A DNA stretch of 64,000 nt from Chrysomallon squamiferum (GCA_012295275.1 CM022677.1:23498001-23562000), one strand, 5' to 3'. Shown: positions 11,748-24,989, counted from the stretch's first letter. Program-made: numbers and translations. Notes: generated by a model not told the origin, from the sequence alone.

Positions 11748-14121
11748 GTAGTAGTAGTAGTAGTAGTAGTATTTTGTTCTATTTTAATCTCATTTGAAAA
11801 TAATGAATAATTATAAAAAAGTAATAATAATAATAAATAATCAAAAGTTCATGGAGTTAATGGGTTTAGAAATACCTAATGTTACATCTGAGAATAATGT
11901 CTATAGTACAATTCTGCAGATAATAATGGTTGCTGTAATATTTCTAGTTCAAAAGTTCTAGTTGGTTTATGATAAAAAAAGATTAAAAAAAAAAGATATA
12001 AAAAGATAAAATAAAAAAGAAAAGGAAATATCATCATAGTAACTAATTATTAACAGTTGTTTTTGAAAACTTAATACATTTCATATGTTTTTGTTTCTTT
12101 AATATCAACAAAAGAAATGACTACAGTTATTTTATCTCTTTATTATGATTAGAAAATGTTTAGAAAATAGTGAAAATAAAATATCAGATCTATACAATTA
12201 CAATTTAGGGATAGTAGATGTCACACTAAATGTTATGAATGTAACTGGAGTAGTAGTAGTAATAGTACTTCTGATAGTTTAATTGGTATAAATATATGTA
12301 CTATATATAATTAGTTCAATCCTACACGTATTAAAGTGAGGCATGTTTCTGTGTAGAGTTTAACTGATTTTGTTTTTGTATATTTCAGCATTTCTGAATA
12401 TCAAGTTATTTCTAAAATTTATTTGAAACTTTGAGTGTCTTAAGGGTGTAATAGGATCAGGATAATTATAAAGAAAGGTCTTAGATTAATTAAATATAGT
12501 TCACAATGATTAGTATAAATAAGAGTTTGATATTATTTGATATAGTTCGGTTTTATTTTTATTTTTATTATTTTTTTTCTAAATCAGCATCACCAGAACC
12601 AAGTGCAGGTATGTTATGTCTTTACTTCTCAGAAAAATGTTGAAAATGGTTATGAAGGGAGTTGATTATTTTGTATTCAACTAATTGTAATGGATATGCC
12701 TGTTATTTTAGTGGTCATGTCATTGCTATTACTGAAGTGGTGGTGTAAAAATAGTATATACTAGAAAAAGGAATAGTATGAATGTTAATGGTTTAGCATT
12801 GGTATTGTTTGTAGTATGGTTGTTGTAGACATGTGGATGTATTATAAGTCAACAAAGTGAGGCAGTGAAAATGCTAGTAATATTATTACTCCCAATGCAA
12901 TTCATATAAAAAAAAGTTTATATTTTATATGTGTCACATCTCATAAGTTCGTTTGTTCTGACGACTGGTGTTAAAATTAGATTTGCATGTACATACAGTT
13001 TTACTATTTTCTTATAAATCTGTACATTTCTGACTATGAGGTAATAAGATTATTCTAAATGTCAGCATTCTTAGAGGCTGTGAAAGGGTCAGTATAGTTT
13101 TAAACAAAATACGCAGGGTAATTTAATATTAATATTAATAGCCATTTTTGAATATGAAATACATTTGTTTCTTTCAATATCTTTTTTAAATTTATTTTTT
13201 ATGAACAAGGAAAAGTAATGAGTCCAGGTATGTTACCTTTTATTCTTAATCGTTAAAACAATAATAATTATAAATTAAAATTTCAGTTTAAAAAAAAAGT
13301 AGTCTGTTTTATTGTTTTGTCCTCAACTGGTTCATCATAATATTAATGTGTTAGGCCAGAAAAATTTGATTTGATATATTGCTGTCTAGCTGTGTGCGTG
13401 CGTGTCTGTGTGTGTGTAACCTATTGATTTCTCTATTGTTGATTGTAATTGGACTATAAGTTATTTGCAAGGATGTATAATAACATAAATAATATAATAT
13501 ATTCAGAATCAGAAAGTGGAAGCACTGGAATAGCTGTGGTGACTGTTTTATTGTTCATTGCATTTTGCCTTGCTGTTATTGTATATTTCAGGTGAATACA
13601 GTATTAATTACATTTATGATAGCTGTTGCTGTTCTTTCATATTTTTCTTTTTGTTAGTTTTGTTTTTAATTATTTTGTTTTTTATTTTTTATTTTTGAGT
13701 TTTTCACTAGTTTATGCCATGTTCTAGTGAATATGATAAAGGAAAAACATACATAATAATAACAGTAACTCTCTCTCTCTCCCTCTCTCTCAAAGTTGAA
13801 TTGAAAATTTTAATTCTGAAATATAGTTATCAATACTGAATTATTTAAATTAATGTAAAGTATAATACATTATTGAGTGCTTCAAAAGAAACCAAGTTAT
13901 AAAATTATTGTTTATGTGTGTATTGGTGTCTGTATGCATATGTTTGTTGTTGGTTTTTGTGTGTATATATGTGTGAGTGTGTAATTGGTTGGATGTATGG
14001 ATGAGTAGTTATATTGTTATTATTATTATTTTTAAGGGCACTACAACGGATGGACAGAGGCAGTCCACTTGTAAAGAAGAAACCTGAAACAGCCAGTGAA
14101 GTAAACTATGCACTGTCTTAA
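665..14121 (+). CDS. Gene A (5' end outside window): multi-TSR single-pass membrane protein; 9 distinct TSR exons (11 if the gap-flanking duplicate is real), 2 stalk micro-exons, TM, short tail
   Basis: AG/GT-bounded phase 1-1 exons 665-853, 1538-1744, [2769-2957, 3627-3833], 5351-5524, 6104-6280, 6946-7134, 7683-7889, 8722-8898, 10630-10821, 11381-11563 (all multiples of 3, WxxW plus Cys/Arg TSR motifs); micro-exons 12588-12608, 13210-13227; TM 13507-13591; tail from 14037. The 3' end is ambiguous (stop at 14121 or last exon 16213-16316). Confidence 0.8.
1538..1744 (+). CDS. Gene A TSR exon type b (duplicate at 3627-3833)
   Basis: ttcag|CA..G|gtatga, 207 nt, DGEWSPWRQTDLIPCSVTCG..RRCTNPQPTGGGRNC..CFRTEC. 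Confidence 0.88.
2004..2203. other. Assembly gap (200 N)
   Basis: Run of N. Confidence 0.99.
2769..2957 (+). CDS. Gene A TSR exon type a, second copy
   Basis: 189 nt; one synonymous difference from 665-853. Confidence 0.8.
3627..3833 (+). CDS. Gene A TSR exon type b, second copy
   Basis: 207 nt; 3 aa differences from 1538-1744. Confidence 0.8.
5351..5524 (+). CDS. Gene A TSR exon type c (compact, ends DCC)
   Basis: tttcag|TC..A|gtatgt, 174 nt, SGQWNEW..CDLNNC..RLCTNPAPSPSGAPC..RDCCER. Confidence 0.88.
6104..6280 (+). CDS. Gene A TSR exon type d
   Basis: tttag|AT..G|gtgag, 177 nt, WMSW..CEHACG..SRQC..VC..PCLEESC. Confidence 0.85.
6946..7134 (+). CDS. Gene A TSR exon type a'
   Basis: tctag|TT..G|gtaaaa, 189 nt, paralog of 665-853. 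Confidence 0.88.
7683..7889 (+). CDS. Gene A TSR exon type b'
   Basis: tttag|GA..G|gtataa, 207 nt, DGQWSPW..CDATCG..RSCDQPRPTNGGRSC. Confidence 0.88.
8722..8898 (+). CDS. Gene A TSR exon type c'
   Basis: ttcag|TG..A|gtatgt, 177 nt, paralog of 5351-5524. Confidence 0.88.
10630..10821 (+). CDS. Gene A TSR exon (5 Cys), not in ORF track
   Basis: tgtag|TT..G|gtaac, 192 nt, DGGWSSWLYEGRGSCSATCASNS..RECNKPLPRYGGNNC..EPCQVLQPA. Confidence 0.85.
11381..11563 (+). CDS. Gene A membrane-proximal TSR exon, not in ORF track
   Basis: ttaag|TT..G|gtaag, 183 nt, DGGWSSWTRSEGSCSVICGSGIREITQTRQCNNPAPENGGEDC..ACQMDIC. Confidence 0.88.
12588..13227 (+). CDS. Gene A stalk micro-exons 12588-12608 (21 nt, ASPEPSA) and 13210-13227 (18 nt, GKVMSP)
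   Basis: Pyrimidine tract + AG, donor GTATGTTA shared with gene D micro-exons, phase 1-1. Confidence 0.65.
13507..13591 (+). CDS. Gene A transmembrane exon
   Basis: ESESGSTGIAVVTVLLFIAFCLAVIVYFR, phase 1-2, same length (85 nt) and donor (GTGAATA) as gene D TM exon. Confidence 0.85.
14037..14121 (+). CDS. Gene A cytoplasmic exon
   Basis: tttaag|G, ALQRMDRGSPLVKKKPETASEVNYALS*; aligns to gene D exon from 58508. May instead splice to 16213. Confidence 0.6.
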
Positions 14122-14137
14122 TGGAGTATAATTATCT

Positions 14138-14193
<56 letters not shown>

Positions 14194-14216
14194 ACATATA
14201 GGTCATTCCAAATCTT

Positions 14217-16123
14217 ATATATGGGTCATTCACATATTAGTTCAATTGGAGCAAAATTTGGAAAGATACTGGCCATCAAATTATGGCTTTTATCCAAACA
14301 AATTAACAAAAATCCCTTTTTCAAGTCAAAAGTAGCCTCCAGGATAGTACTGATCATATACATTTAGGTGTAATAGCAAGAGAGGTATATAGGTGATGCA
14401 AAGGATCCCCAAAGTTGTCATTCCAATGGCACCTCCAGAACAGTTAAATAGATTGTTGATGGGGATGTGTCAAACTGATGTGTTAGTCTCATTTGAATCA
14501 GGCCAATCCCTGTATTTTTCTCATGTTCAGGCTTAGCTGTGATGTCTAGCACAAAAGGAAGAACAGCTTACAAAGAAATGCATTGATGAAAAAGCAATAC
14601 AGGTTTATGAAATCTGAAATCTAAAGTTGGTGTTGCATTTCTTCACATCTACAGGTGGGACTGAAGAATTTGATTTCTGGAATTTTTGTCATAGATTAAT
14701 GAAGTTTTTATTTCCATGAATTCATTCTCCAGGTAGTCGAGAATTACTTGCTATAATAATACACAGCTGACATCAAATGTCTTTTTCACATCACTGACTA
14801 GCTGAATTGATATCTGAGACTATCTTCAAATTTATGATAGGCAACAAATTGGTTGAATGTGGCCTGCTAGTTTTCCTAATGAAAACTCCTCCTGTACAAG
14901 ATACAAGAATATTTTGGAAAACTAGTTTCTTCTAAGAGCTTCATTGATGATTTTAGGTCCTTCATGTATGTTCTTTGGAATTTTGTGATTCAACAACAGC
15001 TGAAATGAAAATTTGTCTATGAATAAATTTTGGATTCTGTTATGGAAGTCAGTTTTCTTCTATATGTATCCCAAACCAAATTTATATTATTATTACTTTT
15101 ATGGATGCTACACTGAAGGATAAGAGCCCTGAACAAGTTGTCACAAACACACCTTTCATGACCCATCACACCTTTCAACCTCTGTGGCACACACCTTTTT
15201 AACAGAAACTTTCATCCATGCTTCAGCTTTTGCTTAAAGTTCTGCTGACATTTCACAAGGCAGAAAATATGAGTTCTTGATGATCGGAGCAAAGCTGTGA
15301 GTGAAATAAATAAAATCTTCTTTTGTGGAGAGGATTCTTTCTTACTTGAAATTTGAAATTCAACAAAATTAGCTGCTTTCGATGTTGTGCCTTATTACAA
15401 ACCCACAAGAAGTTTTAACTCCAGAACATATATCTATTTTCATCACCTTCATCAAATCTAACAATCTCAAAACTTCACTTTTGTTCTTTTCTCATAGTCC
15501 TAATATAAGCTTCTGTGTTTTTTTCGGGACAGCTTTTCTTTTATTTTTTCTCTCACTATGATGTTTTTGGTTTCAAATTCCTTTATAATCCTATGGGTGT
15601 TCAAAAATCATCACCTGGTAGGATTATATTAAAGTACTAAATCTAAGTCATGTATACCTGCCACATTATAGATCACTTAGTGTACATTAAAGCGTTAGCA
15701 TTGTAAAAGTGGGCATTTTATGATCAAGAATGTCCCCCTTTAAGTGTATTTTTCTACTAAACTAAATTAGTTTTAATAAGTTGTAGGTAGTATCTTGCAG
15801 TTTAAATCTAACACATCATTTCACGGTCAAGTGGAGCACAAAGTTGAATTCAAGATAGAAAAGTTACCAGAATTTAGCTTGTACATTTCACGAGATTTGG
15901 AATTCTTTTCAGGTTAGCTTTTCATTGAAACCAAAATTCGTCAAAACTGACCCATTGATTATGCGATATCAGGGTCTAAAATGAGCGGTAATGCCTATTT
16001 TGGGGGGGAAAAAGCCAAAATTTGAAGACCCATAATTTCCCAAATTACATAACAAATTTTAGCAAAAGCTAAAATATTGAGGTGAAACCAATGAGGTAAT
16101 TTGACACTAAATGACCCATATAT
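14217..16123. mobile_element. Decayed DNA transposon-like insertion with short terminal inverted repeat
   Basis: ATATATGGGTCATT (14217-14230) and its reverse complement AATGACCCATATAT (16110-16123) bound a microsatellite-poor block with no intact ORF. Confidence 0.45.
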
Positions 16124-17777
16124 GTCAGATAGATCTTTTTTGCATTTTTAATTTTTTGTAAATATTATTTGTTTAGACAAGTACACAGTAATAATAACCA
16201 TACATTTTGCAGTTAAAAATAAAATAAAAGGCCAAGGAGCAACAAAACAAAAACAAAAATCAAGAACCTTAAAGGAAGCAAAAAAATCTATTCTTTTCAA
16301 AGGAAGTGTAAATTAAAACATGTCCATATGTCACTAATATTTCTTTAACATTTTCTATCATTAGTTTTTTATTGATAATAATAATAATTAACATTCATTG
16401 TAATAAAATAAAGTGAAAATACTGAATCAGGTATGTTTTTGTACAATTCAGTTTGATGTTGATTTCTGGTTTTGGTAATATTAAAATTATCATCTAGATT
16501 TTCATGTTTTTTTTTCTTTCATACTACTTCAAATTTGTATCCTTTAGAATAAACACGTTTCTTGAAAGCTCAATTTTCAACATAAATAAATTCTTAATCT
16601 AGTTTAATAAAAATAAGAAAAAAATTATCATATTTAAAAGAGAGACAAAATAACAAGAAGAAAAATATAGTAATAAATTATAAATAATAATAATAAACAG
16701 CATGTTTTTTAAAATTAAATATATATACATATATTCCTAAAAGAAATGTGAAAGTACATATCCTGCAATGAATCAAGATTATTTTTCTTGTACTTCATAG
16801 TACTGTGTTTTTTGTTAATTTTATTGCTAAAAGTTAATGAAATTGAAAATACTTATTAAATGATCTTGCTCAAAAGAAAATATACTGGAAAATGTAACTG
16901 TTTCTAGTCTGACAGTTCAAAAACAATTCATATAATCAACTTATTTTAGGTCTTAATGACATTTCAAATTATATATATTTTATGATAATATTTCGTAAAA
17001 GTGAAAACAATATTGTATTTATTTATTTTTATATAATACAAATTATATTTATATGTGTGTGTGTGTGTGTGCGTGTGTATTCATGTGTATGTGTGTGTGG
17101 CTGTGTGTATGGTTTTAAAAATATATATATACATATACACACAAATGCACAAATATATCAATTTCAAAAATTATTTATTAAATACATAGCAAGTAATAAA
17201 CATTTCTAAGTAACTAACAACAGCAAAATGTTTAAAATCTAAACATTTAAAGTATAACAGTAAAACTGCTTGTTTTGAAATCTGTAAATAACTACACAGT
17301 AATAATAACACCAACAACAAATAAAACAAATTGTCAATAATATTTAGTTATCATTATCTGAATTGTTATAAAGTATTGCTGAAAGATAAACCCAATAAAA
17401 ATGATTTTTTTTTTTTAATAATAGGAATTTTTAAAAGGAATTTTTCACAAAAACCCCCAGAAAACACTTTTAATCTATTTTTCTTGTGTTTTAGATGCAA
17501 CTCAGAAATTAATTTGAAAGAAATATATGAGAAAAAGTTAGAACCCAATTTTTGAAATAAAATCCAAAATTTCATAGGCATACACAAATTTTGAAACATT
17601 TTTATTACATCATACTTAAATAAATAAGTAATGTTTGAAGAGTCCATTTATAAATATTGATTGTTCCTGAGCTTATATCAGTAATTTAATCTGTTTCTGT
17701 TTCTCATTTAATTGTCATTATACTAAATATTTAAAAAAAGAAAGAAAGGAACAACAACAATAAAAAAGTTATAAAAC

Positions 17778-17808
<31 letters not shown>

Positions 17809-19324
17809 TAATAATAATTAAGAAAAATATAACTTAATTCAGAATACATTTAGCACTGAAAATGCTACTAATTACAAATGGGCAGTTCCGGGACAAACAA
17901 ATTAAATTTCATTTAGCTCCAACATCTTTCAAAGAAAAAATAAATAAATAGAAAAAAGTTAAATAAATAAATAAGAATATCTAATTGTAGAGAAATCAAA
18001 ATTAAACAATAATTATGTCAATCATTCATGAAACTATGTTATTTTTATTTTGGACAAAAGAAATCTTTAACATTTGTCACAATCCAATCATTTAACAAAA
18101 AATTGACTGTTGTTTTAGTAATTCAGCAACTTTAGCAAAAAAGGTGGCTTCAGCAATTACAATTAAATGACAGAATCAGAATTATATTTTACCCACTCTA
18201 CGTCTTCAGTACTTCCTTTTTGTTCATTTCCTGAGCTGTTTTCCAATATAAATCAATTCCAGTTCATGGGGCAATATGCTCATAGAAAAAGATAGTTATT
18301 CAGATCCAAGAAAAAGATCTTATTTCACGAAGTTTACACTGTGTTATGTTAAAAATATCAGTGAACACTAAAAAGTATACATGCAGTGTTAATAGAGACA
18401 AAATGCAAACAGCCATTACAAAAATGAAAAAAAGAACAAAAAAAATATAAGAAAGAAATGAGATGCTCAAACTGAAAGAGGCTTTCAACTATTTCATCAC
18501 TGAGGACAACTGATGCAAGCCATTAATTATAACGATTAATCAAGTGGAAAGTTATGAAGAAATTCATCTGCCTGCAGATGAGCCCTGTACTGTCTTGTGT
18601 GAAGAAGAGACAATCCAAATTGTTGCTTGATCAATATTACACTGAACTTTTTCCATTTGAGATAAAACATACACATGATGGAAATTACAAACTGACCTTT
18701 ATGTACTGATCTGGTATAAGCTGGACATTATCATCCAAAGAATATGAAATTTTAAATCTATATTAAACTTGATGCCACCACCATGATCAGTGAAAGGGAT
18801 CCCTGTGAGGAGGAAGTTTCCCTGATTTCTGTTAGCCAGATATTATCAATACATGACCATAGTAAACCTGACTAAAGCCCGATTTTTGTTTTTCTCCTCT
18901 GTTTAATATGAAAATGTCTATTTTATTTACTACTATGAAAGATTATCTAAACGGCAAGTAGTCAGAAGCTTCAGTCAGATTCTGAATGTCTGAAAGTTTA
19001 GTGAAGTCACATAATCCACATTATTTTCTTGATTATGCCTTTATGTCATTTTTATCATACCAAGAAGATACTTCTGATTCCAGTTACATTCTAGATATCC
19101 ACCGACTCTTTTCTCTATAACACTCTATAACAAATTTGGACAAGGGCAAGTCTGTGGGGATATGACTAGCAATAACGGCAGTTGGAATAACTTCCAATAC
19201 CTCTGATTATAATGTCTTGCCAATATGCAACATTATTTTGCTGATAGAAAAGGGAAGTCAGACATGTATATACATCAGATCTCAAAATGCTTTCTTATGC
19301 AGAAAGATTTTTAATCTTGTTTTT

Positions 19325-19856
19325 TCAATGTTTCTCTATTTGTGTCACTGGATTGTCATAAGCTATAAAGTCTTTATCCATTTTCTTTTCGCAGAGTGGA
19401 TGTTCCATATTTTTTTCTGGCCTTTCATGGTTCTGCATCCTGAAATGAATATGATAAAATAATTAATTAGTTTTAAAATATATTGTACATTTTGCATAGA
19501 ATTTAAAAATATATATATTGGAAATAACACTGAACAATTGCTTTGGGAGAGATAGTGCATGGCAAAAGGATTTAATCACATGACCAAAGCAATGAACATC
19601 ATCACTGAGAATATCTAACTGATTTATGTTTTCCTGTGTAAGACGTGATGAAATATACTTTGCAGTTTATTGATTATATGTAGATGGCAAAGCTACTGAA
19701 ATTACCATTTTAGTAAGGCAAGGATAGAAATTACAGTCACAGCCACTGCACCAAATAAACCAGTAATGATATAGAGGTAAAGAGTTTGAAAATCTGAGGA
19801 AATACAAGTAAATGAAAATAACATGTGATCATATATTGAATGAGTATATGTTTGTT

Positions 19857-19931
<75 letters not shown>

Positions 19932-20405
19932 CTCTTTAAAATATATGTAATTAAATTATAAATGATATAAAATATTATTTAATTTTGACATTACTGACTG
20001 ATATATGAAAAAAAAAAGCTGAAATATATTACATTAATATTTAAAAAAATAAATAAAAATAATAAACATTTTTTTTTACAAATTCATTACCACTATAAGA
20101 CTTTTGTAGATCTTCTTTTTTTGTTTGTGCAGGTGCAACATTTCCTGCAAATAAATGAAGATATCACAGTCAGAATGACATAACTAAACATATGAACAAC
20201 ACAGACGCAGATGCTTATACACACATACATAAAAACATATCTATTTTAGAAAATTGCTAATTCTTTATGTATGTATGTGGCTGTGTCTGGGTATATGTGT
20301 AATTGTATATGTTCATCCCATACCTGAATTATTAGCAGCCTCTTCACCTAACAAACACAAAATATTATTAATATACAAATCAACATCATCATTATTAGTG
20401 GAAAT

Positions 20406-20471
<66 letters not shown>

Positions 20472-21617
20472 CTTTTTAAAAAGGAAAAACAGAAAGGAGA
20501 ATATGAAGAGAAAAGTTATTTGCTAAACTTTCAATACATTAAAAATGTATCTATTTTAGAAAATTGCAAATTCTTTGTGTATATATGTGTCTGGGTATAT
20601 GTGTAATTGTATATCTTCATCCCATACCTGAATTATTAAAAGCCTCTTCACCTAACAAACACAAAATATTATTAATATACAAATCAACATCATCATTATT
20701 AGTGGATAATAATAATAATAATAATAATAAGAATAATAAGAATAATACTCTTTAGAAAAGGAAAAACAGAAAGGAGAATATGGAGAGAAAAGTTATTTGC
20801 TAAACTTTCAATACATTAAAAACATATCTATTTTAGAAAATTGCAAATTTTTTGTGTATATATGTGTCTGGGTATATGTGTAATTGTATATTTTCATCCC
20901 ATACCTGAATTATTAAAAGCCTCTTCACCTAACAAACACAAAATATTATTAATATACAAATCAACATCATCATTATTAGTGGAAATAATAATAATAAGAA
21001 TAATAAGAATAATAAGAATAATACTCTTTAGAAAAGGAAAAACAGAAAGGAGAATATGGAGAGAAAAGTTATTTGCTAAACTTTCAATACATTAAAAACA
21101 TATCTATTTTAGAAAATTGCAAATTCTTTGTGTATATATGTGTTTGGGTATATGTGTAATTGTACATGTTCATCCCATACCTGAATTATTAACAGCCTCT
21201 TCACCTAATAAACACATTATATCATTATTAATATACAAATCAACATCATCATTATTAGTTGAAATAATAATAATAATAACAATAATAATAACAATAATAA
21301 TAATAATAATAATAATTTTAAAAAGGAGAAAATGGAGAGAAAAATTATTTACTAAACTTTCAATACTTGGAGTTGCATTTCCTGAAACTGTGAGATAAAA
21401 TAAATGAAAGCAGAAAGAAGCAAAATTAACCAATAAAATGCATTAATTATAACAGCAATAATAATAATAATAATAATAATAATAATTTAAAAATAAATAA
21501 ATTAGAAAGACAGAAATAATACCAATCAGAAGTAATCTGAATGTTACCTACAACATCTGCTACTTGTGATGTGTTCTTTCCTGAAATGTTTAAATAATAA
21601 TGCATACCTTTCATAAA

Positions 21618-21650
<33 letters not shown>

Positions 21651-22509
21651 GAAGAAGAAGAAGAAGAAGAAGAAGAAGAAAACAAAAATTATTCACCACT
21701 GTTCTTAAACCATTAATAGTAACTACTCATCTGGTTAGAATTATTTGTATGGCAGCTGCTCAATAAATAAATAAATAATGATAGTACTGTGCTACCCCCT
21801 TACCTGGACATTTTTTCTGTGACAGTGCCAAAGTTTAGTTTTTGAATAAATACCTTTGCAACTTTTACCACCATTCTGTGGTATAGGATTGTTACATTTA
21901 CAAGTTTTTGTTTTGCCACGAGTTCCTTTTCCACAGGTGACACTACACTCTGTTTTCTTAAACATCCAGCAACTCCAACCACCATCCACTGTTAATACCA
22001 GTTTAATTAATAAAATTTAAATTCTGATTGTATTCATTATTTTTCCTCTTTGATGTTGTTGCTGTGGTACTACTAGTAGTAGTAGTAGTTGTTATTATTC
22101 TTAGAGTGACGCAAAAGATAAATACATAAATATTACACTAAAAGATAAATACCAAAAAAATATGACTAAAAGATAAATACATAAATATTACACCATTTTA
22201 ATCTTTGTGATCATCTTAACAATATGGTTTATTCCAACTTTGTAATTTTGAACTTAAATAAAAAATACAGTTTGAATATACTATATAGAATAATGTCTAA
22301 CTAAAAAAAAATTCTGTCAACCAAAATTGTAAGATTTTTTCCTACCTTCTGTCCCTCTGACAAGTGCTTTTGACTTCGCTGAAATGTAAAGATAATAACA
22401 ATAACAACAACAACAAAAACAAGAATAACAATAACAAAAACAACAATAATAATAATAACTAATAATAATGATAATACAATAATAATAATAATAATAATAA
22501 TAATAGTAG

Positions 22510-22572
<63 letters not shown>

Positions 22573-23759
22573 CTACACAAATAAAAAACAGAACTAATTA
22601 TTTTCACTGATACTAAAATAGTAATAAATTGATATTTGAACATTAACTGTACAAAGTTAACTTTTCAGAGTGTTATTATCATCATCATTATATTACAGTT
22701 ACTGTCACCACTAAAGGTCTTTCCAATAAACACACATGCATGCACACACGCACACACAGACTCACACAGCACTGTCACATATAATCCAACACTGCTCCAA
22801 GTTCATTGCCACTACTTCTATTACTGCTATCCACTGCAGCATTTTCCATTACTGCTATTATTACTAAGTATGGTTAATGCATTCTATGAAAAAAATGCCC
22901 ATATATTTTTGAAAATAAGAATAAAGATTATAACACCCACACACACATGCACACATGCACACATGCATGCACACACACACACATATGTACAGGAATTGAT
23001 TACCAGGATCTTTTTTATTAGTTATATTTAAAAAAAAAAAAAAAACTGTTTATAATCTCAAGTTATAGTAGGTTAGTATAAACTTTTAATTAAATGGAAC
23101 TCATAAATTTCTGAACTAGAAAAAGGAAAATCCATAAAAACAACAAAAATATTTCTTAAAAATATGCAGTATTTGAGAACTTTTTGTGAATTCAGAACCT
23201 TTTTGGATTTTAATATGAGACACAAATTATCAAGATGCATCCAGGCCACAAAAGTGATTTAGAAAATTTCTGATATCTTTTTTCCAGATGTATTTTTTGT
23301 AACAGTCAAGCAAAATATTAAAATATATTTAGTGTCACTTTCTGCAAAGCACCAATAAATAACCCCAATATTTAGAAGTAGGTAACTCTTTTACATATCC
23401 ATGTGAACTTAAGCTATAAATTTGTAAAACATGTTCTTATTGTTTTGCTGTTGGATGCAACACATTAAGTCAACTCTGCATCATCTCAACAAATTGGAAT
23501 GTTTTTCTAGGTTTGGTACTTTCTACAGTTGGTCTGGTAGGTTTTGGTGTAAGTATACATGTATTTTAGCAAACTACAATTAATGTAATACATCACTTCT
23601 TAAATTAAATATGACCACCAGAGAGAAATTTAATTGAAGTAGATCTTAAACACATTTTCTCTTAGATAGAAAAGCTTGAAATTAGAGTGTACTACACTGA
23701 TACTTAAAAACTACCCCTGCTCTTTAAATGCTAAAGATAGTAAGAGAACAGTCATATGC

Positions 23760-23801
<42 letters not shown>

Positions 23802-24026
23802 ACAAAATATCACAAATAATTATTATACTGATTACTTTCTTACTTGGACATGGGACAGTTTCACATGACTCTGTAATAAAATTTATTCTAAAGCCTTCAC
23901 AATCTCTTCCATATGAGGGTGCTATGATATTACACTGCCTAGATTTTATAACCAAACGTGTACCAGGCCCACATGTCAATGAACATGTTTTTTCATCCCT
24001 GGTCCAGGAACTCCAACCTCCATCAG
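19325..24026 (-). CDS. Gene B: 2-TSR single-pass membrane protein with micro-exon stalk (possibly pseudogenising)
   Basis: Minus-strand exons 24026-23844 (TSR), 22378-22346 (33 nt), 21988-21804 (TSR, 185 nt, frameshifted), 21580-21548 (33), 21381-21367 (15), 21204-21181, 20928-20905, 20651-20628, 20347-20324 (24 each), 20144-20091 (54), TM 19793-19706, tail 19439-19325. Confidence 0.72.
19706..19793 (-). CDS. Gene B transmembrane exon
   Basis: DFQTLYLYIITGLFGAVAVTVISILALLKW, 88 nt, phase 1-2; paralog of 63031-63118. Confidence 0.82.
19861..19926. repeat. (AG)n microsatellite; representative of very abundant (AG)n, (TA)n, (CA)n, (TTA)n, (TTC)n, (TATC)n, (AAAT)n tracts
   Basis: Direct inspection; other examples near 24176-24241, 49495-49580, 52688-52757, 53481-53553, 63189-63270, 63873-63957. 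Confidence 0.95.
20230..21366 (-). repeat. Four tandem ~277-305 bp units, each carrying a 24-nt micro-exon (GEEA[V/F/F/A]NNS)
   Basis: Unit sequence visibly repeated four times; on the minus strand each has ttag|GTGAAGAGGCTnnTAATAATTCAG|gtatgg. Confidence 0.88.
21804..21988 (-). CDS. Gene B TSR exon 2 (1-nt frameshift in an A-run near the 3' end)
   Basis: DGGWSCWMFKKTECSVTCGKG..CNNPIPQNGGKSC..HCHRK; 185 nt versus 186 nt in paralogs. Confidence 0.8.
23844..24026 (-). CDS. Gene B TSR exon 1
   Basis: tcaag|CT..A|gtaag, 183 nt, DGGWSSWTRDEKTCSLTCGPG..SRQC..RDC..SCETVPCP. Confidence 0.85.
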
Positions 24027-24173
24027 CTTGATTAAAAATAACACAGCAGTTAATTATATGATCATTTTTTTTATTAGCAACGTATCTTAACAATCATAAT
24101 AAAGTGTTAGGTCTATATTATTATTAGTCTCTGCATCTAAAACTATGGACACATTATCACAAACTGGCTGGTT

Positions 24174-24242
<69 letters not shown>

Positions 24243-24989
24243 CTGATAATGAATGATTGTTCAAAAAGCCACATAAACGGTACTTGTGCAAATTCAAACA
24301 AAACTACAAGTGATTTTCTGCCAGTCTTTTTTATGTTCAGCGATTCTTTGTTCTTTATTCTGTATGTGATTAATAATTCCAGTTATATCTATATCTGTTA
24401 TTCTAGAGCATTTCCCCCATGGATATTTCCTGTGACAAATATCAACAGGCATGGAGCATGGTCACTGTTGTGTAGAAGGACCTGTAGGCTCATTGTTGTC
24501 TGCTGGTACCTCTCTGGGATGCGAAGACCTGAGACAGTTTGTGTCACTGGTGGTGGTGGATCTTTGGGATGTTGCTTTGTCTGACACACAGCCCTTCTGC
24601 TGGTTTGGACTGGAGGCAGTTGGGTTGGAGGAGCTGTGAGTAAGTACCATTTCATTAATAGCAGGCCATTAATACACAGATCACTGGAGGCCCAGTATTT
24701 GGGACATGCACGAAACAAGTGGTGGTGAGTGATCAAGCTGAAGATTGATAATTTGGAACAACACTTGTTTACATAGTTTGTTGATAAACAAACAAAATTA
24801 AGAATAGTTTATCCTTGGCCTCTTCAAAAACCATATTATTGACCCAATTATTAAACCTTTTTATGTTGTCTGCAGTTCATGGTGACGATATATTGGTAAG
24901 GCTAACAGTATTGCTGTTTACAATACATATTCACGTCATGAAGATTTAAGACATAAAAATGTGTCAATATGTTAGAGTAAAAGTAAAAA

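Noticed and set aside
14101-14121. VNYALS as an ITIM
   Set aside because: Y+3 is Ser, not Leu/Val
20254-21398. Four repeated plus-strand ORFs (MQILCVYMCLGICVIV..PIPELL) that look like a small membrane-peptide family
   Set aside because: TTG starts and poly-Ile from (AAT)n; they are the antisense reading of gene B's micro-exon/intron units
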